Shown here: positions 50,144-60,128 of the stretch, one piece after another
Layout of the letters: each line of letters starts with the position of its first letter
Numbering within the stretch: position 1 is the first letter of the stretch
Source: Clostridia bacterium
GTDB lineage: Bacteria; Bacillota; Clostridia; Christensenellales; Aristaeellaceae
Length of the DNA stretch: 64,000 bases
Direction: 5' to 3'
Assembly: GCA_017412715.1 (NCBI GenBank)
Contig: JAFPWU010000031.1
Location: 1 to 64,000, forward strand
Translations under genes and position numbers: made by a program
The notes under the pieces: generated by a model
The model's database searches: none
Told to the model about the DNA's origin: nothing
What the model saw: only the letters and a program-made list of their open reading frames with translations

Positions 50144-51910
50144 ATGAAACTGATCTGGAAATATGTCCGGCCCTATAAAGGGTTCATCCTGGCCGTCATG
50201 CTGATCAAGCTGGCAGGCACCTTTACCGAACTGCTGATCCCCTATGTGCTGGAGCATCTGCTGGACCATGTGGTCCCCGCCTCCGAGGACCTGTGGCCCG
50301 TGCTGGCCTGGGGGGCCGTGATGCTGCTGCTGACCCTGATCACCCGGTTTCTCAATGTGACGGCAAACCGCATGAGCGTACGGGTGGCCCGGAACAGCAC
50401 CTTTGCCGTCCGCCGGGACCTGTTTCACACCGCCCTGAACCTTTCCGGCCGCCAGATGGATCTGGTAGGGCTCCCCTCCCTGATCTCCCGGATGACTTCG
50501 GATACCTATAATGTCCAGAGCTTTGTCCGAATGATCCAGACCATGGGCATCCGGGCGCCCATCATGCTGGTCGGAGGCATTGCCATCACCCTGACCATGG
50601 ACACCGGGCTGGCCATGATCCTCTGCGTCATGGCGCCTGTGATGATCCTGCTGGTGACCTTCGTCTCCTGGAAGGGCATTCCTCTTTTTGACGAGGTGCA
50701 GCGCAGGATGGACACGCTGGTCCGGATCATGCGGGAAAACATTACCGGAATCCGGGTTGTCAAAGCCCTGAGCAAGGAGCCCTACGAGGAGCGCCGTTAC
50801 GGCGAAGCCAACGCCCGGATGGCGTCCCAGGAGATCAAATCCTCCGTCATCATGAGCCTGCCCGGTCCCATCGTCACCCTCTTCCTGAATGTGGGGCTCA
50901 CGCTGGTCGTGCTGCTGGGAGCCCGGCGGGTCAATGACGGGCTCACCGCCCCCGGCGTGATTCTGGCCTTTCTGACCTATTTCAATATGATTCTGATGGG
51001 CGTCATGGGGCTCAACCGCATCTTTATGATGATGTCCAAGGCCAACGCCTCCGCCAACCGCATCGCTGAAGTGGTAAACATGCCGGAGGAGCTGACCCCC
51101 ATTCCGGAGGCCCAGGCGGCAGCCGCTCCCGCCGCCGGGGCCCTGATCTTCGATCATGTGACCTTCAATTATGACGCGGACATCTCCGGAGAGGCTCACG
51201 GTCAGTTTCTGGGGGAGGAACGTCAGCAGTGCCTGAAGGATATTTCCTTCCGGGTGCCCAAAGGCGGCAGCCTGGGGATCATCGGCGCCACCGGCTCGGG
51301 AAAAACCAGCATCGTCAATCTGCTGATGCGCTTTTACGACCCCCAGGAGGGGCATGTTTTCGTGGACGGAAGGGATGTGCGAACCTACCACCGGGATGAG
51401 CTTCACCGGAAGTTCGGCGTGGTTTTCCAGAATGATGTGATTTTCGCCGATACCATCCGGGAAAACGTCACCTTCGGCCGGGAGGTGGACGAGAGAATGC
51501 TCCGCCGGGCCGCCAAGGATGCCATGGCCCGGGGATTCATCGAAGGCTATGAGGATGCCTATGACCACGAGGCGGCCATTCACGGCGCCAATTTCTCCGG
51601 CGGGCAGAAGCAGCGGCTGCTCATCGCCCGGGCCCTGGCGGCTGATCCTGAGATTCTGATTCTGGACGACGCCTCCTCCGCCCTGGATTACAGGACGGAC
51701 GCGGAGCTGCGGAAGGCCATCCGGGATCATCACGGCGAGGCCACCACCGTGGTCGTCGCCCAGCGGGTATCCTCCATCCTCTCCCTGGACGCGATTCTGG
51801 TCATGCATGAAGGCGAGATGATCGGCTACGGGACCCATGAACAGCTGATGGCTTCCTGCCCGGTTTACCGGGATATTTACCGGACGCAGATGAGCGAGGG
51901 GGTGTCGTAA
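50144..51910 (+). CDS. ABC exporter, fused TMD-NBD half-transporter (MdlA/LmrC-like)
   Basis: ATG at 50144 with RBS AAGGAGA. Six-TM domain followed by the NBD (Walker A GATGSGKTS, LSGGQKQR, ILDDASSALD). Confidence 0.85.
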   Translation: MKLIWKYVRPYKGFILAVMLIKLAGTFTELLIPYVLEHLLDHVVPASEDLWPVLAWGAVMLLLTLITRFLNVTANRMSVRVARNSTFAVRRDLFHTALNLSGRQMDLVGLPSLISRMTSDTYNVQSFVRMIQTMGIRAPIMLVGGIAITLTMDTGLAMILCVMAPVMILLVTFVSWKGIPLFDEVQRRMDTLVRIMRENITGIRVVKALSKEPYEERRYGEANARMASQEIKSSVIMSLPGPIVTLFLNVGLTLVVLLGARRVNDGLTAPGVILAFLTYFNMILMGVMGLNRIFMMMSKANASANRIAEVVNMPEELTPIPEAQAAAAPAAGALIFDHVTFNYDADISGEAHGQFLGEERQQCLKDISFRVPKGGSLGIIGATGSGKTSIVNLLMRFYDPQEGHVFVDGRDVRTYHRDELHRKFGVVFQNDVIFADTIRENVTFGREVDERMLRRAAKDAMARGFIEGYEDAYDHEAAIHGANFSGGQKQRLLIARALAADPEILILDDASSALDYRTDAELRKAIRDHHGEATTVVVAQRVSSILSLDAILVMHEGEMIGYGTHEQLMASCPVYRDIYRTQMSEGVS

Positions 51911-51911
51911 G

Positions 51912-53681
51912 ATGGCCAGAAGAGATACGGTCATGAAAAAACCGAAGGACACCCGCGGCGCCCTCCGGAGACTGCTGAACTATCTGGGTCCCTGGCGATA
52001 CGTGATTCTGGCGGTGCTGATTCTGAGCCTAGGCAGCAATCTGATGAATCTATGGGGGCCCAGCCTGGCGGGCTCCGCCATCCGGGAGGCCGCCGCTGGG
52101 CCGGGAAAGGTAAACTTTGAGGCCGTCACCCGCTATGCCCTGCTGATGCTGCTGTGCTACCTGGGTTCCGCCCTGCTGGGTTTTGGAATCAGCCTGAGCA
52201 TGACCGTCGTCAGCCGCCGGGTCGCCCGCCAGATGCGCCAGGACGTTTTCGATAAGCTGATGCGCCTTCCCGTGGGATACTTTGACCGGCATCAGGCCGG
52301 GGACATCATCTCCCGGGTCAGCTATGACATCGACGTGATCTCCACCTGCATGGCCACGGATATCGTGCAGATTCTCTCCAGCATCGTCACCGTGGTGGGA
52401 TCCCTCTTCATGATGGTCTCAATTTCCCTGCCCCTGTCCGCGGTCACCCTGATCACCGTGCCGGTTTCCATCCTCTACACGGTGCATATGCGGAAAAAGA
52501 CCCAGCCCCGCTATGCCCGCCGCTCCAAAAGCTACGGAGTCATGAACGGTTTTGTGGAGGAGATGCTCTCCGGCCAGAAAACCATTCAGGCCTATGCCTA
52601 CGAAGGACGGGTGGATGAACGCTTTGGAAGCATCAACCAGGATGCGGCGGATGCCTTTTCCGACGCGGAATACTACGGCGTTACCATGGGCCCCACCATG
52701 ACCTCCATCAATAACCTGTGCCTGAGCCTCATCGGCCTGCTGGGCGGAGCGCTTTACCTCCGGGGGCGGATCGATTTGGGGCGGATTTCCTCCTTTGTGC
52801 TGTACAGCCGGAAATTTGCCGGGCCGATCAACGCCATCGCGGAGATCTTCAATGAGCTTTTCTCCGCCCTGGCGGCGGCGGAACGGGTTTTCACGCTTCT
52901 GGACGAGACCGAGGAGACCGCGGACGCCAAGGATGCCGTCGTGCTGAAAAATGTCCGGGGGGATGTATCCGTGGAGCATGTGGCTTTCGGATACGATCCG
53001 GAGAGAATCATCCTCCACGATCTGAATCTGGAGGCCCCCGCCGGCCGGCTGATTGCCATCGTGGGCCCCACCGGCGCGGGGAAAACCACCATTATCAACC
53101 TGCTGATGCGTTTTTATGACCCGGACAGCGGCGTCATCCGCATCGACGGGCAGGAAATCCGCACCGCCGCCCGGCGCAGCGTCCGGAGCGCCTATGCCAT
53201 GGTGCTGCAGGATACCTGGGTATTTCACGGCACCATCTTTGAGAACATCGCTTACGGAAAGGAAAACGCGACCATCGAAGAGGTGGTCGCGGCTGCGAAG
53301 GCTGCCCGCATCCATCCCTTCATCATGCGGCTTCCCCAGGGATACGATACGGTCATCAGCGAGGACGGAGGCAATATTTCCAAGGGTCAGAAGCAGCTGC
53401 TCACCATCGCCCGGGCCATGCTTTACGACGCGCCCATGCTGATTCTGGATGAGGCTACTTCCAACGTGGATACCGCCACGGAGCGGGAAATTCAGAAGGC
53501 CATGCGGGAACTGATGAAAAATAAAACCTGCTTTGTCATCGCCCACCGCCTGTCCACGATTGAAAACGCGGATCAGATCCTGGTCCTGCGGGACGGGGAC
53601 GTGGTGGAGCAGGGCACTCACCGGCAGCTTATGGATCGGAAGGGTTTTTATCACCAGCTGTATGCGGCCCAGTTTGAGTAA
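51912..53681 (+). CDS. ABC exporter, fused TMD-NBD half-transporter (MdlB/LmrD-like); heterodimer partner of the preceding gene
   Basis: Walker A GPTGAGKTT, ISKGQKQL signature, ILDEATSNVD. Starts 1 nt after the upstream stop. Confidence 0.85.
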   Translation: MARRDTVMKKPKDTRGALRRLLNYLGPWRYVILAVLILSLGSNLMNLWGPSLAGSAIREAAAGPGKVNFEAVTRYALLMLLCYLGSALLGFGISLSMTVVSRRVARQMRQDVFDKLMRLPVGYFDRHQAGDIISRVSYDIDVISTCMATDIVQILSSIVTVVGSLFMMVSISLPLSAVTLITVPVSILYTVHMRKKTQPRYARRSKSYGVMNGFVEEMLSGQKTIQAYAYEGRVDERFGSINQDAADAFSDAEYYGVTMGPTMTSINNLCLSLIGLLGGALYLRGRIDLGRISSFVLYSRKFAGPINAIAEIFNELFSALAAAERVFTLLDETEETADAKDAVVLKNVRGDVSVEHVAFGYDPERIILHDLNLEAPAGRLIAIVGPTGAGKTTIINLLMRFYDPDSGVIRIDGQEIRTAARRSVRSAYAMVLQDTWVFHGTIFENIAYGKENATIEEVVAAAKAARIHPFIMRLPQGYDTVISEDGGNISKGQKQLLTIARAMLYDAPMLILDEATSNVDTATEREIQKAMRELMKNKTCFVIAHRLSTIENADQILVLRDGDVVEQGTHRQLMDRKGFYHQLYAAQFE

Positions 53682-54048
53682 CGCCCTTTCCTCGGGCGCT
53701 CATGGCCATGGATTCCGCCAGCAGGGTGCCGTGAAGCTGAAGCGCGGACCAGTGCTGATTGGTCTCTGTGACCACGGCCTTCAGGCGAATCGTCGTGCCG
53801 CTTCGGTTCATTTCGTTCAGCAGCAGATCCAGCCCCGCGTGATCAAATCCGTTCATCACCATCATTTCATCTGAAAAAGACAGATCAATCCGCTTGGAAA
53901 CCGCCATTCCCGAAAGCAGTTCCCGAATCGTGCTTCCCTGCTTTTCCTTTGGGACGTCGATGATGGAGAAATTCTGCCGAACGGAAAGAATCTGCAGCTC
54001 CTTCCGGGTTTCCGGCCGGGTCACATTAAACAGCAGTACTTTTGCCAT
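53629..54048 (-). CDS. Small hypothetical cytoplasmic protein, 139 aa (possibly DUF3783-like); its 3' end overlaps the convergent ABC exporter gene by 53 nt
   Basis: ATG at 54048 with RBS AAGGAGAAAAAC. No recognisable catalytic motifs. Confidence 0.5.
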   Translation of the reverse strand: MAKVLLFNVTRPETRKELQILSVRQNFSIIDVPKEKQGSTIRELLSGMAVSKRIDLSFSDEMMVMNGFDHAGLDLLLNEMNRSGTTIRLKAVVTETNQHWSALQLHGTLLAESMAMSARGKGVTQTGPHTAGDKNPSDP

Positions 54049-54136
54049 GTTTTTCTCCTTACAGGTCTGACTTTTCATTCTCGAGCGCGGAGCGCCTGAT
54101 CGGATACCCTCCCTTAGTGTTTCAGCGGAGGCCCGC

Positions 54137-54814
54137 TCAGCGCTTTCCGATCTCCAGCACGGTCAGGGTCTCCCCCTCCACCCGGAAGCGAACCCGCTGT
54201 CCTGCGAACTCAAAGGCGTAAATCCGTTCCGGATCCTGCTGATAAGCGGGCCGGGGATCCTCCGCCAGCACCTTTCGCAGGGCCGCCAGATCCTCCGTGG
54301 AAAGCATCGCGGCCTGAGGCTCCGGAATCTCCACCTTCACCCTTCGCTTCTCATGGTTATCGGTAAAGCCCCCCCTGGCCTCCGGATGGCAGTCGGCGGA
54401 TGGGAGATAGGGCTTGATATCATAGATGGGGGTGCCGTTCATCAGATCCGCACCCGAGACCAGCAGCACCTCTCCCCTTTCCGGGGTTTTCTCCCGTCCC
54501 AGGAGCCGGACGCTGCTGAGTCCCAGGGCGTTCGGCCGATAGGGGGAACGGGTGGCAAAAACGCCCATCCGGGTATTTCCCCCAAGCCTTGGCGGCCGGA
54601 CCGTAGGCTTCCACTCTTCCCTGTGAGCCTCGTGGAATCCCCAGATGAGCCACAGAAAGGTGAATTCCTCCAGTCCCCGAAGGGCCTCCTCCACCCGGTA
54701 TTCCGGTTCAAAGACGATACGGGAGATGACCTCCTCCACCAGCCCGCTCTGCCGGGGAACCCCGAATTTGGACGTATAGGCGTTTTCGATTCTCGCGATG
54801 ATTTTCAGTTCCAT
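54137..54814 (-). CDS. trmO: tRNA (N6-threonylcarbamoyladenosine(37)-N6)-methyltransferase TrmO (TsaA/YaeB family)
   Basis: TsaA-like motifs SRIENAYTSKFGVPRQSG and DGTPIYDIKPY. 225 aa. Confidence 0.8.
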   Translation of the reverse strand: MELKIIARIENAYTSKFGVPRQSGLVEEVISRIVFEPEYRVEEALRGLEEFTFLWLIWGFHEAHREEWKPTVRPPRLGGNTRMGVFATRSPYRPNALGLSSVRLLGREKTPERGEVLLVSGADLMNGTPIYDIKPYLPSADCHPEARGGFTDNHEKRRVKVEIPEPQAAMLSTEDLAALRKVLAEDPRPAYQQDPERIYAFEFAGQRVRFRVEGETLTVLEIGKR

Positions 54815-54816
54815 GC

Positions 54817-57204
54817 TTACATCACAATGACCAGGTCATTCTCCGCCCGCAGATCCATTTCGGGAATCAGCTCCGCCGGCCGCTCCTGGCCATTCAGAAT
54901 ATACCTGGCCGGATCCCCCTGTTTATGGGCGCTGTTATCCACCCGAACCCGGATCTTTTTCCCCCGGAATGTTTTCTCCATGGTGAATCCGTCCCATTCC
55001 GCGGGGATCGCGGGCTTGATCAGAATGCCTTCCGGCGCGGGACGGATTCCCAGGATTCCCTCCACGCAGCCCACCATGACCGTGCTGGCGGTGCCGGTCA
55101 GCCAGTGCACGTGGCTTCTTCCCGCAAAGGGGCTCTCCCGGCCCTCGATGAACTGGCCGTGCACATAGGGCTCAATGACCCGCCTGTCCGCGTCCTCATT
55201 GAAGGAGGCCGGGCTGCTCTCCGCAAAGTATTCGAACGCCCGGTTTCCGTGTCCCAGCAGGGCTTCCGCCAGAATGGCCCATCCCTGAATCTGGCAGAAG
55301 ATGCCCCCGTTCTCCTTGGTGCCCGGATTGAACAGGATCATGGCCGCCCCGTCAAAGGCTTCATACCGGTAGGGCGGATCCATGATTTCCAGTCCATAGG
55401 GAGTATTCAGCTCCGCGTGGGCCGTCTCCATGATCCGCTCCCCCAGTTCCTTCGTGGCCCCGCCGGAGATGACCGCCCAGCTCTGGGGATTCAGCCACAT
55501 GGAGGCTTCCCGGTCCTTCCTGCTGCCGATAATCTGTCCCGCTTCCGTATATCCCCGGATATACCGGTCCTCCTCCAGGCAGGTTTTATTGATAATGCCC
55601 AGCAGCTTCTCCGCCTCCGCCTTCAGGTAGGCCGTGTATTCCGGCTCCTCCCGGCAGAAGGCCTGCATGATGTTCAGGGCATAATACAGCTGGAAGGCCA
55701 CGAAGGTGCTCTCCCCGGTGGCGCCCAGCCGCAGACAGTCGTTCCAGTCCGCGTGCAGCCCCGCAGGCATGCCGTGGGTTCCCAGATGATGCATGCTGAA
55801 ATCGATGGCCCGCTTCAGATGCTCCCGCACCGTGCCGGTATCGTAATCCGCAAAGGGGACCTCCTCGTCCAGGTAGGCCATATTCCCGGTTTCCGCGATA
55901 TACTTGTAGACCGTGGGAAACAGCCAGAGCGCGTCATCCGCCCGATAGTGGGGATGGCCCGTTTCCTTCACGTAGCTCTCCTGCTCCGGGGTATCCTCGT
56001 GTCCCGGATTATGGGTATACTTCACCAGGGGAAGGCCCGCCCCGTGATGCACCTGGGCGCTGAGCATGAAGGTCAGCTGCTTCCTGGCCAGCTCCGGATC
56101 CAGATGGATGATGCCCTGAATATCCTGCACCGTATCCCGGTATCCGTATCCGTTCCGCTCCCCGCAGTAAATCAGGCTGGCCGCTCTGCTCCATACGAAG
56201 GTAATAAAGCACTGGAAGGCGTTCCAGGTATTCACCATCACGTTGAACCGGGCATCCGGCGTCTGCACCTTCAGATTCTCCAGCTTCCCGTGCCAGTAGG
56301 TGATCAGGGCTTCCTTCTCCGCCGCGACGGTGCCGGCGGTGTCCCGGTACCGGTCCAGAATCTCCCTGGCCTGGAATTCCGTCTTTTGTCCCAGCAGGAA
56401 GGCCGTCTGCCGCTTCTCCCCGGGGCTCAGCTCCAGACTCACCTGCAGCGCTCCGCAGGCATTGCCGTTATAGTTCAGGCTGTTGTCGCACGCCCCGTCC
56501 GCTACCGCCTTCGGGCAGTCGAAGCGGTTTCTCCCCAGGAACTGTTCCCGGCGTCCCGTATAGGAGACCACCTTCGCCCCCGCCGCGCCCAGGAAGCGCT
56601 CGGACCCGTTGCTGCCGTCCGGGTTTCTGTGGCAGTACTCATTGATCCGCTGCAGGATGAAATCCCCGTGGAATTCCGTCCGGGTGATGAAATGGGTATA
56701 CTGCATATTCACCAGGTCCTGCACATAATAGCTTTCATTGGTGAATTCCGCGTAGGCAAACACGCTGATCTTCCGGTCCCGGCCGGACAGATTCTCCACC
56801 GTCAGGCTCCAGACCTCGTGGGTCGCTCCCAGGGGCACGTAATACAGGGCCCGGCTGCGGATTCCCGCGTATTCGCTGATGAATTCCGTATAGGCCGTGC
56901 CATGGCGGCACTCCGTATGATAGGCGTCCAGTGGCTTCTTCACCGGCTTCCAGCTGGCGGACCAGAATTCTCCGGTTTCCTCATCCCGAAGATACAGATA
57001 TCTCCCGGGCTCGTCGAATTGATTGAAGGTATATCTCAGAATCCGTCCGGCCGCGCCGCTGCGCACGAAGCTGTATCCCCCGGCGTTCACGGTAATGATC
57101 GCGCCGTACTCCGGGGATCCCAGGTAGTTGGCCCAGGGGGCGGGCGTATCCGGGTTGGTAATTACGTATTCCCGGGCCTGCTCGTCAAAGTACCCGTACT
57201 GCAT
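54817..57204 (-). CDS. Glycoside hydrolase family 94 cellobiose/cellodextrin phosphorylase
   Basis: ATG at 57204 with RBS GGAGCGGAAAAC. The N-terminus MQYGYFDEQAREYVITNPDTPAPWANYLG matches the cellobiose phosphorylase N-terminal pattern; (alpha/alpha)6 catalytic region. Confidence 0.85.
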   Translation of the reverse strand: MQYGYFDEQAREYVITNPDTPAPWANYLGSPEYGAIITVNAGGYSFVRSGAAGRILRYTFNQFDEPGRYLYLRDEETGEFWSASWKPVKKPLDAYHTECRHGTAYTEFISEYAGIRSRALYYVPLGATHEVWSLTVENLSGRDRKISVFAYAEFTNESYYVQDLVNMQYTHFITRTEFHGDFILQRINEYCHRNPDGSNGSERFLGAAGAKVVSYTGRREQFLGRNRFDCPKAVADGACDNSLNYNGNACGALQVSLELSPGEKRQTAFLLGQKTEFQAREILDRYRDTAGTVAAEKEALITYWHGKLENLKVQTPDARFNVMVNTWNAFQCFITFVWSRAASLIYCGERNGYGYRDTVQDIQGIIHLDPELARKQLTFMLSAQVHHGAGLPLVKYTHNPGHEDTPEQESYVKETGHPHYRADDALWLFPTVYKYIAETGNMAYLDEEVPFADYDTGTVREHLKRAIDFSMHHLGTHGMPAGLHADWNDCLRLGATGESTFVAFQLYYALNIMQAFCREEPEYTAYLKAEAEKLLGIINKTCLEEDRYIRGYTEAGQIIGSRKDREASMWLNPQSWAVISGGATKELGERIMETAHAELNTPYGLEIMDPPYRYEAFDGAAMILFNPGTKENGGIFCQIQGWAILAEALLGHGNRAFEYFAESSPASFNEDADRRVIEPYVHGQFIEGRESPFAGRSHVHWLTGTASTVMVGCVEGILGIRPAPEGILIKPAIPAEWDGFTMEKTFRGKKIRVRVDNSAHKQGDPARYILNGQERPAELIPEMDLRAENDLVIVM

Positions 57205-57269
57205 GTTTTCCGCTCCTTTCGTGATAATTCCCCTTCTCCGCAAGGTGAAGGGGAATCAATGTCTCTGCT

Positions 57270-58343
57270 TTATCTGCCCATGGTTCCGAAGCGCATCTGA
57301 CGCTCCAGGGTTTCGGGATGCAGGGCGTAGGCCCTGGCCATTTCCTTGGTAATCCGGCCCTCCCGGGCCAGCCGGGCCAGCTCGCTGTCCATGGAAAGCA
57401 TTTCGCTGCCGGCGCCGGAGATCGCATTGTCAATCTGATGGGTCTTTCCCTCCCGGATCAGGTTCTGGATCGCGGGATTCACGGTCATGACCTCAAACAC
57501 CGGGTACAGCACCCCGTCCGTCCCCGTCAGCAGCCGCTGGGATACCACCGCCTTCAGCACCATGCTCAGCTGGGTCCGCACCTGGTTCTGCTGCTCCGCG
57601 GGGAAAGCGTCGATCACCCGGTCGATGGTTTTGGCGGCTCCCAGGGTGTGCAGCGTGGAGATGAGCAGATGCCCCGTCTCCGCCGCGGTGATGGCGGTGG
57701 AAATCGTATCGATATCCCGCATTTCCCCCAGCATGATGACATCCGGCGCCTCCCGGAGGGCGGCCCGTACCGCCCGGGCGAAGCTGGCGGCATCCTCGGG
57801 CACCTCCCGCTGGCTCACCAGGCACTTCTTATGCGGATGCAGGAACTCAATCGGGTCCTCAATGGTGATAATATGCCCGCTCCGGGTCTGGTTCACCCGA
57901 TCCAGGATGCAGGCCAGGGTGGTGCTCTTTCCGGTGCCCGCGGGGCCGGTCACCAGCACCATGCCGCCCCGCAGATCCGCCAGCTTCATCACCAGATCCG
58001 GAATATGCCGCTTCTGGGGGTCAGGCAGCCCGAAGGCCACCACCCGAAGCACCGCCGCCACGGTACCGCGCTGACGGTACACATTGCAGCGGAAGCGGCT
58101 GACATCCCGGATGGCGAAGGAAAAATCATCATCCCCGTCCTGGTCCAGCATCTTTTTGTCCCGGCCCGCCAGTTCATAGGCCCGGTCGATCAGGACCCGG
58201 ATCTCCTCCGGGGTCACCTTCTCCTCCGTCACCTGAGCCATCTTTCCGTACACCTTGGTGGAAACCGGAGCAAAGGGGACGATAAAAACGTCGGAACCCT
58301 CCATCTGCATGGCATCCCGGAGCAATTCATCCAGCGTTTTCAC
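57270..58343 (-). CDS. pilT: Type IV pilus retraction ATPase PilT (twitching motility protein)
   Basis: GTG start at 58343 overlapping the upstream stop (GTGA), RBS GGAGGAAGAGGGGG. Walker A GPAGTGKSTT, Asp/His boxes, and the PilT-specific AIQNLIREGK motif. Confidence 0.85.
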   Translation of the reverse strand: MKTLDELLRDAMQMEGSDVFIVPFAPVSTKVYGKMAQVTEEKVTPEEIRVLIDRAYELAGRDKKMLDQDGDDDFSFAIRDVSRFRCNVYRQRGTVAAVLRVVAFGLPDPQKRHIPDLVMKLADLRGGMVLVTGPAGTGKSTTLACILDRVNQTRSGHIITIEDPIEFLHPHKKCLVSQREVPEDAASFARAVRAALREAPDVIMLGEMRDIDTISTAITAAETGHLLISTLHTLGAAKTIDRVIDAFPAEQQNQVRTQLSMVLKAVVSQRLLTGTDGVLYPVFEVMTVNPAIQNLIREGKTHQIDNAISGAGSEMLSMDSELARLAREGRITKEMARAYALHPETLERQMRFGTMGR

Positions 58344-58897
58344 TCGATTTCTTCCCCCTCTTCCTCCGCCGGGGCGGGATCCTCTTCCGCATTCTCCCCG
58401 GCCCATTCTTCGCTCAGCGCTTCTTCCTCCCCGGAATCTTCGAAGTCATCAAAGTCCGATTCATCCTCTTCCCAGATGTCCTCCGCCCCCAGACTGTGAT
58501 TGATCCACTCGGTCCGCCGGTCCTCTCCAGGGAAAAGGATCCGCACTCCGCATTCCAGGGCCCGTTTCTCAGACTTTTCCGTCCAGAGCACCCGGTCCTC
58601 TTCCATTCGCATGCCCTCCGGCAGCTTTTCTCCTGCCATCGTCAGATAGGCATCCGCATTCTCCGGATTTTCCTTCAGGCATTCGACCAGCACCGCGTCC
58701 AGCCTGGCCAGCGACCGTTCCGCCTGGGCGAACAGCCCGTAGACTTCGCTGCGGGTCTCGATGCTCCGGGCCGTCAGGGCTTCATCGCTTCGGGCGGAAA
58801 TCATGGTCAGCACCGTCAGCACGCTGAGAGCCAGCACCACGGCAATCAGAATCAGGGAGGAGGCGCCGGGGCCCAGCGCAATCTTTCTTCTGTTCAC
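58340..58897 (-). CDS. Membrane-anchored hypothetical protein with an acidic Glu/Asp-rich C-terminal tail, 185 aa (pilus-operon accessory)
   Basis: GTG start overlapping the upstream stop, RBS GGAGGTGA. N-terminal TM helix LILIAVVLALSVLTVL; tail EEDESDFDDFEDSGEEE. Confidence 0.55.
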   Translation of the reverse strand: MNRRKIALGPGASSLILIAVVLALSVLTVLTMISARSDEALTARSIETRSEVYGLFAQAERSLARLDAVLVECLKENPENADAYLTMAGEKLPEGMRMEEDRVLWTEKSEKRALECGVRILFPGEDRRTEWINHSLGAEDIWEEDESDFDDFEDSGEEEALSEEWAGENAEEDPAPAEEEGEEIE

Positions 58898-59298
58898 GGG
58901 CTCACCTCCCCGGGCAGATAATTCACTACCGGCAGCTCAAACAGCACCTTTCCCGTGTTCTGCTCCGCGGTAAAGGTCACCGTCCGCAGCAGCCCCGCCT
59001 CCGTCTCTTCGTGGGTTTCCACCGCGTAGATGGTATAGCGTTCTTCGTTTTTCTCCCACCGGCCGTCCGCCAGGACAAAACCGCTCTTCTCCAGTTCCGC
59101 CGCGGCGTCCGCCTCTCCGGCCAGGCATTCCTCCAGGTTTTCCACCGTCAGCATGGCCTGGCTTCCCGCCCGGGCGTATGCGCTCTTCATCCGGGCCAGC
59201 CCGAACATCTGCACGATGGTGGCCACGCAGAGCATGAAGAAAAGGATCACCAGCACCAGCTCCACCAGCAGGATATTCGCGGCACTGTGTTTTTTCAT
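58894..59298 (-). CDS. Small N-terminally anchored protein, 134 aa; pseudopilin-like but without a canonical G-F-T-L-x-E prepilin motif
   Basis: ATG overlapping the upstream stop (ATGA), RBS AGGAGGTG. N-terminal hydrophobic segment ANILLVELVLVILFF. Confidence 0.5.
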   Translation of the reverse strand: MKKHSAANILLVELVLVILFFMLCVATIVQMFGLARMKSAYARAGSQAMLTVENLEECLAGEADAAAELEKSGFVLADGRWEKNEERYTIYAVETHEETEAGLLRTVTFTAEQNTGKVLFELPVVNYLPGEVSP

Positions 59299-59759
59299 TC
59301 TCCGGCACCTCCTGCCCGCAGATAGATGCAGACCTCCTGCTCCCCGGCTTCGGGAGTAGCCACCCGGATCCGCAGCAGATTGTTTTCAAGCACAGGCTCA
59401 AAGGCGGTCACGGCCATCAGCGCCTCTCCCATCTCCTCCTCGGAGTCCCACTCCTCGGAGGTCAGGCTTTCCCGCAGATACCCGTTCTCCTCATACAGCC
59501 TGTGATAGTAGATTTCCCCGTCGTAGCTGTTCGTGAAGCGCAGCACGGTTTTTCCGTTTTCCTCCACCACCGCCGCATGGCCCGCATCATCCGCCTGCAC
59601 CGCGCCGCGAAGGATGGCCGCCGCCGCTCTGGAGGCGTTATTCCGGCCGGAATCCTCCACCGTATCCCGATAGACCTGGGCGCTGAGAGCCGTCAGAAAG
59701 ATGGCGGACATGGCAAACACAGCCAGCAGCAGGAAGACAAACACATTCTGGATTTGCAT
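59295..59759 (-). CDS. Small N-terminally anchored protein, ~154 aa (start uncertain; 59813 also possible); pseudopilin-like
   Basis: N-terminal TM helix VFVFLLLAVFAMSAIFLTAL; the stop overlaps the next gene's start. Confidence 0.45.
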   Translation of the reverse strand: MQIQNVFVFLLLAVFAMSAIFLTALSAQVYRDTVEDSGRNNASRAAAAILRGAVQADDAGHAAVVEENGKTVLRFTNSYDGEIYYHRLYEENGYLRESLTSEEWDSEEEMGEALMAVTAFEPVLENNLLRIRVATPEAGEQEVCIYLRAGGAGE

Positions 59760-59785
59760 GGGGGGACGCTTTTTCTTTCGTGCGT

Positions 59786-60097
59786 TCACAGATCCCTGAC
59801 CCCCCTCTCCCATACGGTGATCGTGGGCATCAGGTTGGACGCGAAGGCGTCGTATTCCACCACGAACCGCTCCGTATTATAGGCCAGCTTATAATGCTCC
59901 CGCAGGTACTCCAGATCCTCCGGATAGGTTCCCTCCACCGCGTAGCAGGTCAGCGCCGCGTTCTTCACCGCTTCCTCCACCAGCTGCGCCTCCTGGGCGC
60001 CGGAGGTGGCCGTCAGGGAATTCACCAGCAGGATGAATCCCGCAATCAGAGCGATAAAAACCGCGCCTGCCGCGATATCCTTTTTCCCGATGCGCAT
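59786..60097 (-). CDS. Small N-terminally anchored protein, 103 aa; pseudopilin-like/unknown
   Basis: ATG with RBS GGAAAGGAG. TM helix AAGAVFIALIAGFILLV. Confidence 0.5.
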   Translation of the reverse strand: MRIGKKDIAAGAVFIALIAGFILLVNSLTATSGAQEAQLVEEAVKNAALTCYAVEGTYPEDLEYLREHYKLAYNTERFVVEYDAFASNLMPTITVWERGVRDL

Positions 60098-60128
60098 TTT
60101 CTCGCTCCTTTCCTTCGTTGTTCCGCCA

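Noticed and set aside
58894-60097. Calling the three small anchored proteins ComGC/GD/GE-type pilins
   Set aside because: None shows the class-III signal motif (G-F-T-L-x-E with Glu+5) that defines prepilins/pseudopilins, so I report them only as 'pseudopilin-like, unverified'.
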